A stretch of 32,000 nucleotides of DNA from Lachnospiraceae bacterium. GTDB taxonomy: Bacteria; Bacillota; Clostridia; Lachnospirales; Lachnospiraceae. Positions 8,221-14,976 of this stretch are shown here, one piece after another. The notes under the pieces were generated by a model. The model saw only the letters and a program-made list of their open reading frames with translations. It did no database searches and was not told the origin of the DNA. The DNA is taken from positions 370,432 to 402,431 of the forward strand of contig CABJAM010000006.1 of NCBI GenBank assembly GCA_902363555.1. Reading direction: 5' to 3'. Position 1 is the stretch's first letter, and every line of letters begins with the position of its first letter. A program made the position numbers and the translations under genes.

Positions 8221-8251
8221 ACGGCGTTGGCGTGAAGCTGATGCCGTTTTT
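8221..8251 (+). terminator. Putative terminator of the 7871-8200 gene
   Basis: Arms ACGGC (8221-8225) and GCCGT (8243-8247), then TTTTT. The stem is weak and the loop is long. Confidence 0.35.
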
Positions 8252-8262
8252 ACATAGCTGAG
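8251..8262 (+). repeat. Core repeat copy 1: TACATAGCTGAG
   Basis: Exact 12-mer, identical to 9415-9426 and 11/12 identical to 9921-9932. Confidence 0.9.
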
Positions 8263-8426
8263 ACAGACAAGAACCCCCATAACCCGATTTTTTTCATTGA
8301 TAATCGTAAAAAAGTATTGACAAGCCTCTGCAAAAGGTTTAGTCTGGATAAAAATACCAGAGAACACACATTCTAAAAACACTAAAGATAAAGCACAAAA
8401 AATATGTGCATTTATTTATTGATAGG

Positions 8427-8435
8427 TGTTAGAAT
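8427..8435 (+). promoter_or_regulatory. Extended -10 promoter element TGtTAGAAT for cassette 1, overlapped by an 11-bp inverted repeat
   Basis: TGTTAGAAT at 8427-8435. The inverted-repeat arms are ACACATTCTAA (8366-8376) and TTAGAATGTGT (8429-8439). A second candidate promoter is TTGACA (8317-8322), 17 nt, TAGTCT (8340-8345). Confidence 0.4.
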
Positions 8436-8472
8436 GTGTTTTTTTATTGATTGTTTTAGAGGAGGAAATCTT

Positions 8473-8676
8473 ATGCAAGAGTATTCAATTCTGGAAATTA
8501 ACTTTGAAAAGGGCATCTTAAAAACAATGGAGGGCAGGAATTTTAAGATTGATGTGTTTGATATACCAACGATGGTAGGATGGTGTCCCTGCGAAAATAT
8601 TACATACACAGAGATAAATGGAAGAAAAGTATTAAAGCATTACTCTGGTGTAACTGTAAGATTAAGAGAACAGTAA
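8473..8676 (+). CDS. Hypothetical small soluble protein (67 aa), cassette 1 gene 1
   Basis: ORF 8404-8676 trimmed to the ATG at 8473, preceded by AGAGGAGGA. Sequence: MQEYSILEINFEKGILKTMEGRNFKIDVFDIPTMVGWCPCENITYTEINGRKVLKHYSGVTVRLREQ. I recognise no family. Confidence 0.6.
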   Translation: MQEYSILEINFEKGILKTMEGRNFKIDVFDIPTMVGWCPCENITYTEINGRKVLKHYSGVTVRLREQ

Positions 8677-8691
8677 GGGAGGTGGTTTAGA

Positions 8692-9399
8692 ATGGCATCA
8701 AAGAAGAAAAACAATTTTATAAGGCAAAATAAAATTCCGCTTATTATTTTTACTATCGCAGTAGTTGGTGGGTATGTTGGTATCTATTTGGCGTTCAGAG
8801 GTGACGGCTTTCTTTCAGCAGGAAAGGATTTAACAAAAAGTGACTGGCTTTCTTTTTTGGGGGCATATCTTTCTTTTGTCGGCACAGTTGCAGTCAGTTT
8901 AATTGCACTTTTCCAGAGTAGCTATTATACAAAAGTGGAAAATGAGAGAAGATTGCAAGAACACAGAAAGAAAATTCAACCTATTTTCTTCGTAAATATT
9001 GCATCAATGAATAAGCAGATTGAGGGAACAGGAGAATTCTTCAATCCCTCAGACCCATCAACATACCCAAAGCATAATAATATCAAAATATCTATTGAAA
9101 ACGTGAATAGCTACCCAATAACTCATGTAATTGTCTTTGATAGGTATATTTGTCCTTTGCTAAAATGCAATGAATCTAAAAGCATTGTATGTGCCTATTA
9201 TGATACGGACGATGCAAAAAAATGGGCAAAAAAGCTTATAGTTCTGACAGATGATTTTGAAAGGAATGAACAAGGGATACCGAAGTGGTTTAATATCTGC
9301 TATGAGGATATAGACGGACAAGCTATGTTCCAGACTTTTGAATTAAAGAATTTTGATGGTACACCATACTATTCTCTTGAGGGAATACATGAAACATAA
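8692..9399 (+). CDS. Hypothetical membrane protein (235 aa): two N-terminal TM helices plus a ~155-aa C-terminal domain, cassette 1 gene 2
   Basis: GGGAGGTGG RBS. TM1 is IPLIIFTIAVVGGYVGIYLAF and TM2 is WLSFLGAYLSFVGTVAVSLIALF. The start lies 15 nt after the stop of gene 1. I recognise no family. Confidence 0.7.
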   Translation: MASKKKNNFIRQNKIPLIIFTIAVVGGYVGIYLAFRGDGFLSAGKDLTKSDWLSFLGAYLSFVGTVAVSLIALFQSSYYTKVENERRLQEHRKKIQPIFFVNIASMNKQIEGTGEFFNPSDPSTYPKHNNIKISIENVNSYPITHVIVFDRYICPLLKCNESKSIVCAYYDTDDAKKWAKKLIVLTDDFERNEQGIPKWFNICYEDIDGQAMFQTFELKNFDGTPYYSLEGIHET

Positions 9400-9414
9400 G
9401 CGGAGATTGCAATC

Positions 9415-9426
9415 TACATAGCTGAG
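9415..9426 (+). repeat. Core repeat copy 2: TACATAGCTGAG
   Basis: Exact 12-mer lying between the two cassettes. Confidence 0.9.
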
Positions 9427-9449
9427 TGGTAGAAAAATTCATGGATATG

Positions 9450-9458
9450 TGATACAAT
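9450..9458 (+). promoter_or_regulatory. Extended -10 element TGaTACAAT for cassette 2
   Basis: TGATACAAT at 9450-9458, about 37 nt upstream of the ATG at 9495. Confidence 0.35.
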
Positions 9459-9494
9459 TCCAAGTAGAAATAATAAGTGTTTGGAGGTAAGATT

Positions 9495-9890
9495 ATGCAA
9501 AAGCTAAAACTAAATAAGGATTTTGGTCAGCTTGTAAAGGCTCATGGCTATGAACTTGACCCTACCAAGGAATATATCATCAACATTGAAGATGAACTGC
9601 AAGAACAATCTGGAATCATGGCTGCGGTACAAACAATGGGATTACCTGCATTAAAGGATTACCATAAATGGCTTGCTGATAACAACTTTGATGTCAATAT
9701 GCCTAACCCAACAAATGATTTTGTATCTAAGTTTTATGGAGTAAAGCCTTTATGGACGACTGAATTATCACAAGGAATTGTGGTAAAAGCAGAAAACGAA
9801 GATGATTATTTCATTGTTATGGAATGTAGCAGATTAAATGAGGGATTCAAATATACTCAAATAATCGTTACATTAGGCGGATGCTTATAA
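9495..9890 (+). CDS. Hypothetical soluble protein (131 aa), cassette 2
   Basis: ORF 9477-9890 trimmed to MQKLKLNKDFGQLVKAHGYELDPTKEY..., with a GGAGGT RBS. I recognise no family. Confidence 0.6.
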   Translation: MQKLKLNKDFGQLVKAHGYELDPTKEYIINIEDELQEQSGIMAAVQTMGLPALKDYHKWLADNNFDVNMPNPTNDFVSKFYGVKPLWTTELSQGIVVKAENEDDYFIVMECSRLNEGFKYTQIIVTLGGCL

Positions 9891-9920
9891 GCCGTACTTC
9901 TACATTAAAATATATACCAT

Positions 9921-9960
9921 TACATAGCCGAGAGGTTTTCTTTACCGAAAGCCCCTCGGC
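9921..9960 (+). repeat. Core repeat copy 3 (TACATAGCCGAG) fused to an imperfect 9-bp hairpin
   Basis: 12-mer at 9921-9932. Arms GCCGAGAGG (9927-9935) and CCCCTCGGC (9952-9960) pair at 8 of 9 positions. The structure lies 31 nt upstream of the Toprim gene start. Confidence 0.8.
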
Positions 9961-9991
9961 TAAATTCATTTCTGGAGGTGATTTTATTTGA

Positions 9992-10972
9992 ATGGGAAGT
10001 AACGGCTATGTTCAGTTCGACCCCGCCGTGATTGAACAGGCACGGCAAATCGACCTGCTCTCCTACCTGCAACGGTACGAGCCGAGCAACCTAAAGCGTG
10101 TGGCAGGCAATGTCTACTGCACAAGGGAACACGACAGCTTGAAGATTTCCAACGGCAAATGGTACTGGTGGTCACGGGGCTTCGGCGGCTATTCTGCCCT
10201 TGATTATCTGATGAAAGTCAGAGAGCTTGGCTTCGTGGAAGCCGTGCAGACCCTCACGGGGGACATGGGCGACTGGAAACCGCCGCCCCCTGCCGTGAAA
10301 AAGGACGAACCGAAAGTGTTGCTCCTGCCAGAGAAAAATGTAGACTGCGATAAGGTGACAGAGTATCTTTTCGGGCGTGGCATTGATTATCAGCTCATAC
10401 AGGACTGCATCGCAGAGGGCATTATCTTTGAGAGCAAACCGTACCATAACGCCGTCTTTGTGGGTAAGGACGAAAGCGGAAAGCCAAAATATGCGGCTCT
10501 CAGGAGTACGCTTGGCAGCTCTTTCAGACAGGACGCATCGGGCAGCGACAAGCGGTATTCCTTCCGACTTCTGGCAAGAGAGCCGACAGACAAGGTGCAT
10601 TTATTTGAAGCCGCCATTGATTTACTGTCCTATGCCACCTACCTCAAATGCGAGGGAAAGGACTATAAGGCGGCAAACCTGCTCTCTTTATCGGGCGTGT
10701 ATCAGCCCAAAAAGGAACTCTCTGAGAGCAAAATCCCCATTGCCCTGTCCACTTACCTGCAAAAAAATCCGCAAATCAAGACCGTTATCCTGCACTTGGA
10801 TAACGACAGGACAGGCAGGTTATGTACCGCCGCCCTAAAAGAATTATTGCAGAAAGACTACAAAATCGTTGACGCCCCGCCGCCAGTCGGCAAGGATGTC
10901 AACGATTTTTTAATGTCCTATCTGGGGCTTGCAAGGCAGAAGCCGAGCCGTGAAAGGAGGGATGCCCGTTGA
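9992..10972 (+). CDS. DUF3991/Toprim-domain protein (primase-like ICE protein, 326 aa)
   Basis: N-terminus IDLLSYLQRYEPSNLKRVAGNVYCTREHDSLKISNGKWYWWSRGFGGYSALDYLM. Toprim-like E (HLFEAAIDLLSY) and DxD (LHLDNDRTG) motifs are present. Confidence 0.8.
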   Translation: MGSNGYVQFDPAVIEQARQIDLLSYLQRYEPSNLKRVAGNVYCTREHDSLKISNGKWYWWSRGFGGYSALDYLMKVRELGFVEAVQTLTGDMGDWKPPPPAVKKDEPKVLLLPEKNVDCDKVTEYLFGRGIDYQLIQDCIAEGIIFESKPYHNAVFVGKDESGKPKYAALRSTLGSSFRQDASGSDKRYSFRLLAREPTDKVHLFEAAIDLLSYATYLKCEGKDYKAANLLSLSGVYQPKKELSESKIPIALSTYLQKNPQIKTVILHLDNDRTGRLCTAALKELLQKDYKIVDAPPPVGKDVNDFLMSYLGLARQKPSRERRDAR

Positions 10973-11047
10973 TTGTGCAGTAGATTTTTAGCAGGAAAGA
11001 CCGCCAGACCACACCAAATTTAAGAATGAAAGCGAGGATTTTAACTA

Positions 11048-11350
11048 TTGAAACAGTATGATGTAACGCTCACAGGACACTATGAAAAGACCGTTTCCGT
11101 CTATGCCGACAGCCCAGAACAGGCGGCGGAGAAGCTCAAAATCATCCTCTTTGACACCGACCTTATCGACTTTTCCGATGAGGATTTTGTCTGCGGCGAA
11201 GCTGATATTGCGGAAGCAGACGGGGACGGAGAAAAGGAAAATGACACGCCCGATGATGAGCAGGACGAATGTCTGAAGCACGAGGATTGTTCGGAATGTC
11301 CGTACTTCTGCCCGATGTGCGGAGAATGCCGTCTGGAGGACGAGGACTAA
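11048..11350 (+). CDS. Small protein with a DpnD/PcfM-like N-terminus and a very acidic, Cys-rich C-terminal tail (100 aa)
   Basis: TTG start with GAGGA about 10 nt upstream. The N-terminal pattern is KQYDVTLTGHYEKTVSVYADSPEQAAEKL...DEDFV. The tail reads EADGDGEKENDTPDDEQDECLKHEDCSECPYFCPMCGECRLEDED. Confidence 0.5.
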   Translation: MKQYDVTLTGHYEKTVSVYADSPEQAAEKLKIILFDTDLIDFSDEDFVCGEADIAEADGDGEKENDTPDDEQDECLKHEDCSECPYFCPMCGECRLEDED

Positions 11351-11486
11351 GCAATGTCTTACCAAGCACTGAATTTGGTTATCCATCTCCCGATGGACGC
11401 CCAAATTCGCTTGTTAGGGGATGCCCCTAATACCCCATAAAAAGGATGCCGCCAAGGAAGCGGTCAGAAGAAAGGAGCTTTTAAGA

Positions 11487-11639
11487 ATGAGTGAGTTTTT
11501 ATTCTTTGTCATCGGCACGATGCTCGGCAGCATTATCGGCGTTGTGCTGATGTGCCTAATGCAGATTAACAGGCTCTCCGAAAGGAAGGAGGATGCCGAT
11601 GCGAAAAAGAAATGTGCAGATACTTTTCCGTCTGAATGA
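11487..11639 (+). CDS. Small single-TM protein (50 aa)
   Basis: ORF 11421-11639 trimmed to MSEFLFFVIGTMLGSIIGVVLMCLMQINRL..., with an AAAGGAG RBS. Its 3' end overlaps the MobC start. Confidence 0.45.
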   Translation: MSEFLFFVIGTMLGSIIGVVLMCLMQINRLSERKEDADAKKKCADTFPSE

Positions 11640-11931
11640 CGAGGAAGCCGCCTACCTTTATGAGCTTGTGGAGAGGTCGGGGCATTCCAAGGAGGCGTTG
11701 CTTCGTTCCATGCTGATGGGATACCGCCTCTGCGAGAAGCCAGACCCAGAGTTTTATAAAATCATGCGGGAGCTGTCGGCTATCGGCAACCGCATCAACC
11801 AGCTTGCGGCGAAAGCCAACGCCCTTGACTTCGTGGACGCCCCGATGCTCCGTGAGGAAGCCAAGCGGTGGCGGGAGTTCCGTCTGGAGGTCAGCAAAAG
11901 CTACCTGCTCCCCAGAAAGCAGACGGGCTGA
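11593..11931 (+). CDS. mobC: MobC-family relaxosome accessory protein
   Basis: RNVQILFRLNDEEAAYLYELVERSGHSKEALLRSMLMG....LSAIGNRINQLAAKAN matches the MobC pattern. The start may instead be the ATG at 11599. Its stop overlaps the relaxase ATG (TGATG). Confidence 0.8.
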   Translation: MPMRKRNVQILFRLNDEEAAYLYELVERSGHSKEALLRSMLMGYRLCEKPDPEFYKIMRELSAIGNRINQLAAKANALDFVDAPMLREEAKRWREFRLEVSKSYLLPRKQTG

Positions 11932-13343
11932 TGGCGGTCTGCGAGATATGGGATGTGAAAGGCAGGCTCGACCACCCCATCGACTATGCCAAAAACCCAG
12001 AAAAGACCGCCAACCCCAAATACAGCGAAAGCGATTTGCAGGCGATGGTGGATGTCATGGAATATGCTACTAACAAGGACAAGACCGAGCAGAGGTTTTT
12101 TGTCAGCGGCGTGAACTGCGACCCTGCCACCGCAAGGGACGAGATGATGATAGCCAAACACCAGTGGAACGACACGAGCGAGATTGTCTGCTACCACGGT
12201 TTCCAGAGTTTTAAGGCAGGCGAGGTCACGCCAGAGGTTGCCCATGAGGTAGGCGTGAAGTTAGCCGAGAAGATGTGGGGCGGCAGGTTTCAAGTGATTG
12301 TCGCCACCCACTTAAATACCGAGTGCCTGCACAACCACTTTGTCGTCAACTCCGTTTCCTTTACGGACGGCAAGCATTACCACGATAACAAGAAGAACCT
12401 GCGGTTATTGCGTAAGCGTTCTGATGAGCTGTGCAGGGAGTATGCGTTATCGGTTATCGAACACCCAAGCGGGAAGAAAAAGCCCTACGCCCTCTACCAA
12501 GCAGAAAAGCAGGGGCGACCTACGAGGGATACTGTGGCACGGCAGGCGGTGGACGAAGCCATCTCCAAATCCTATACGCTCAAAGACTTTGACCGCCAGT
12601 TGTCGGAAATGGGATACCGAGTGAGCTTTGACCCCAACCGCAAATACTGGACGATTATCGGAAAAGGATGGCAAAGACCGAAGCGGCTCTATAAGCTCGG
12701 GGAGGACTATACCAACGAGAGGATTGTGGAACGCATTAAGGAAAATTCCTATGCGGTGAAATTTTCCCGTTTTGCCGAGCAGACAAAGCCCGTCAAGGTC
12801 ATAAGGGTAAAAGGCTCATTAAAGGATGCCAAGAAAATCGGCGGCTTGCGTGGGCTGTATCTCCACTACTGCTATAAGCTCGGCATCCTGCCGAAGAACA
12901 GAAAACAGAATTACGCACGGCTTCACTATCTCCTAAAGGACGACCTTATGAAGATGGAAGCCATCACACAGGAAACAAGGCTGCTCTGCCGTTGTCACAT
13001 CGACACCCCAGAGCAGCTTTGTTCATATAAAGGCTCTCTGGAATCCGAAATCCATGAGCTGACCGAACAGCGTAAGGGGCTTTATTCCCAGAGCCGCAAG
13101 GTAAGCGGCGAAGAAAAAGAAGCGGTCAAGGCTCGGCTTTCGGAAATCACGGAGCGTATGAAATTTTTACGGAAGGAGGTCAGACTGTGCGGGGGCATCG
13201 AAGCCCGCAGCGATACCCTCAGAGAAAAGTTACAGGTCATACGGGCAGACGAAAACGAACAGCAAAGAAAGGAGCTGATGAAGGATGAACACAGGCGGCG
13301 AAGCGGCGGAGCAAATCGTGAGAATGAGCTTGGAGGGATTTGA
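11931..13343 (+). CDS. Relaxase / mobilization nuclease (MobA/VirD2-type relaxase domain, 470 aa)
   Basis: ORF 11868-13343 trimmed to MAVCEIWDVKGRLDHPIDYAKNPEKT. A His-rich metal motif VATHLNTECLHNHFVVNSVSF is present. It directly follows mobC. Confidence 0.85.
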   Translation: MAVCEIWDVKGRLDHPIDYAKNPEKTANPKYSESDLQAMVDVMEYATNKDKTEQRFFVSGVNCDPATARDEMMIAKHQWNDTSEIVCYHGFQSFKAGEVTPEVAHEVGVKLAEKMWGGRFQVIVATHLNTECLHNHFVVNSVSFTDGKHYHDNKKNLRLLRKRSDELCREYALSVIEHPSGKKKPYALYQAEKQGRPTRDTVARQAVDEAISKSYTLKDFDRQLSEMGYRVSFDPNRKYWTIIGKGWQRPKRLYKLGEDYTNERIVERIKENSYAVKFSRFAEQTKPVKVIRVKGSLKDAKKIGGLRGLYLHYCYKLGILPKNRKQNYARLHYLLKDDLMKMEAITQETRLLCRCHIDTPEQLCSYKGSLESEIHELTEQRKGLYSQSRKVSGEEKEAVKARLSEITERMKFLRKEVRLCGGIEARSDTLREKLQVIRADENEQQRKELMKDEHRRRSGGANRENELGGI

Positions 13344-14097
13344 GGTCGCTGCCAAAATCACAGGGGCAGGTGCGAAGAATATCGCCATCCTCTTGTATTC
13401 CATTCTCAAAGAGGAAAAGAAAACCAAAGGCAAGGCGAGACTGACGAATATGCTGCGTTCTGGAAAGGAGCTGAAAGTCTTTACCGTCAAGCGTGGCGAT
13501 TTGCAGAAATTCACGCAGGAAGCAAAGAAATACGGCGTACTCTACTGCGTCCTTGCAGACCGCAAGAACAAAGACCCAAATGCGGAGGTCGATGTGATTG
13601 CCAGAGCCGAGGACGCATCGAAAATCAGCCGTATCGTGGAACGCTTCAGCCTTGCTTCGGTGGATACCGCATCCATCGTTACCACGGCGGAAAAAAGCAG
13701 GGATGCAAAGGACGGTCAGCCAGAGCCAGAAATCACAACGCCCGAAAAGGCGGAGAAAGACAGGCTCATGGACGCCCTTATGGGTAAGCCCGTGCAGAAA
13801 GAGGAAAACGCCTCAAACCCCTCGGTGGCAAAGACGGAAAAATCCCCTCTGTCCGAGCCTACCTCAGAGCAGCCAAAGAAATCCGCAGAGGGGGCTACTA
13901 TGACTAAGGCGGAGAAACCGTCCGTCAGAGAAGAACTGCGGAAAATCAAGGAGAGCCGAAAGGAGCAGGAAGCCGATGCCCCTGCCGTCGGCAAAGACAA
14001 ATCTTCCGACAAGGCGAAGAAACTGCCCGCAGGAAAGACGGAGCATAAGCAGCCGCCGAAGCGGAAGAAACCGAGCAAATCGAAAGGAGCAAGATAA
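13285..14097 (+). CDS. PcfB-like / DUF3801-like protein with a long Lys/Glu/Pro-rich tail (270 aa)
   Basis: AAGGAG RBS. Core sequence LKVFTVKRGDLQKFTQEAKKYGVLYCVLADRKNKDPNAEVDVIARAEDA. It overlaps the relaxase 3' end by 59 nt. Confidence 0.7.
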   Translation: MNTGGEAAEQIVRMSLEGFEVAAKITGAGAKNIAILLYSILKEEKKTKGKARLTNMLRSGKELKVFTVKRGDLQKFTQEAKKYGVLYCVLADRKNKDPNAEVDVIARAEDASKISRIVERFSLASVDTASIVTTAEKSRDAKDGQPEPEITTPEKAEKDRLMDALMGKPVQKEENASNPSVAKTEKSPLSEPTSEQPKKSAEGATMTKAEKPSVREELRKIKESRKEQEADAPAVGKDKSSDKAKKLPAGKTEHKQPPKRKKPSKSKGAR

Positions 14098-14961
14098 ATG
14101 AGTATCTATGATGTTTTTAACGGCGGCAGCCGCCCCTTTAACAAAGAGGAATGGGCTGCACAGAAGCAGGCTCAGCGGCAGGAAGCCTATGAGATGATTG
14201 ACAATACCTGTGCCGAGATGATGGAAAGCGGTGACAGCTTCCGTCAGTACCTTGATGTGCAGGGGCGTTTTGACCGCTACTCCGTCAACAATGCCATTCT
14301 GGTATCAGCACAGATGCCCGAAGCGACGCAGCTTAAAGAACGGGCGGCTTGGAAACAGAGCCGTGTCTATGTGAACAAGGATGCACAGAAAGTCGTTATC
14401 CTTGAGCCTGGCAAGGAATACACCCGTGAGGACGGCACAAAGGCTGTCGGGTATAACGCCAAGGAGGTTTTCGATGTTTCTGAAACCTCTGCGAAAGACA
14501 GGCAGCAGCCGCAGGAAGCCAAGACCATGCGTGAGCTTGTATCGGCAATGATTGACGCAAGCCCTGTCGGCTTTCAGCCCGTCGAGGAGCTTGAAGTGCC
14601 TGCGTTCTATGACAGCTCCCAGCAGACCATTTTTATCAGGACGGGGCTTTCCGAGGAACAGCTCTTTGTGAGCATGGCAAAGGAAGTGTCGGCGGCGGTC
14701 TTTGACTTCAAGCATAACGAGAGCCGTGACGCTTCCGATTTCAAATCCTTCTGCGTTGCCTATATGGTAAGCTCCCGTTACGGCGTGGATACCAGAGGAT
14801 TTAATTTCGGCAGGCTTCCCAAAGAGTATGAGGGGATGGATACGCAGGCGTTTAAGGGCGAGCTTGGCTCGATGCGTGATGTGCTTGGGGAAATCCAGAG
14901 CGATATGTATAAGAGCATGGAGAAGAACAAGCCGCCCAAATCCAAAGAGCAGGAACGCTAA
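14098..14961 (+). CDS. ArdC-like (N-terminal ssDNA-binding/antirestriction-type domain) protein, 287 aa
   Basis: FRQYLDVQGRFDRYSVNNAILVSAQMPEATQLKERAAWKQSRVYVNKDAQKVVILEP matches my recollection of the ArdC/DUF1738 N-domain pattern (YSxxNxxLI...ATxV...W...GRxVxKGxKxIxIL.P). No HExxH motif is present. Confidence 0.5.
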   Translation: MSIYDVFNGGSRPFNKEEWAAQKQAQRQEAYEMIDNTCAEMMESGDSFRQYLDVQGRFDRYSVNNAILVSAQMPEATQLKERAAWKQSRVYVNKDAQKVVILEPGKEYTREDGTKAVGYNAKEVFDVSETSAKDRQQPQEAKTMRELVSAMIDASPVGFQPVEELEVPAFYDSSQQTIFIRTGLSEEQLFVSMAKEVSAAVFDFKHNESRDASDFKSFCVAYMVSSRYGVDTRGFNFGRLPKEYEGMDTQAFKGELGSMRDVLGEIQSDMYKSMEKNKPPKSKEQER

Positions 14962-14976
14962 CAGGAGGTGCAGCCC

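Noticed and set aside
11804-11930. Upstream extensions of the relaxase frame (ORFs starting at 11804 and 11868)
   Set aside because: They overlap the MobC coding sequence. The relaxase N-terminal consensus begins at the ATG at 11931, which is coupled to the MobC stop.
13285-13343. 59-nt overlap of the relaxase 3' end with the PcfB-like gene as a frameshift or fusion
   Set aside because: Both frames are open with their own signals (AAGGAG RBS before 13285). The relaxase tail is low-complexity. This is ordinary overlapping operon architecture.
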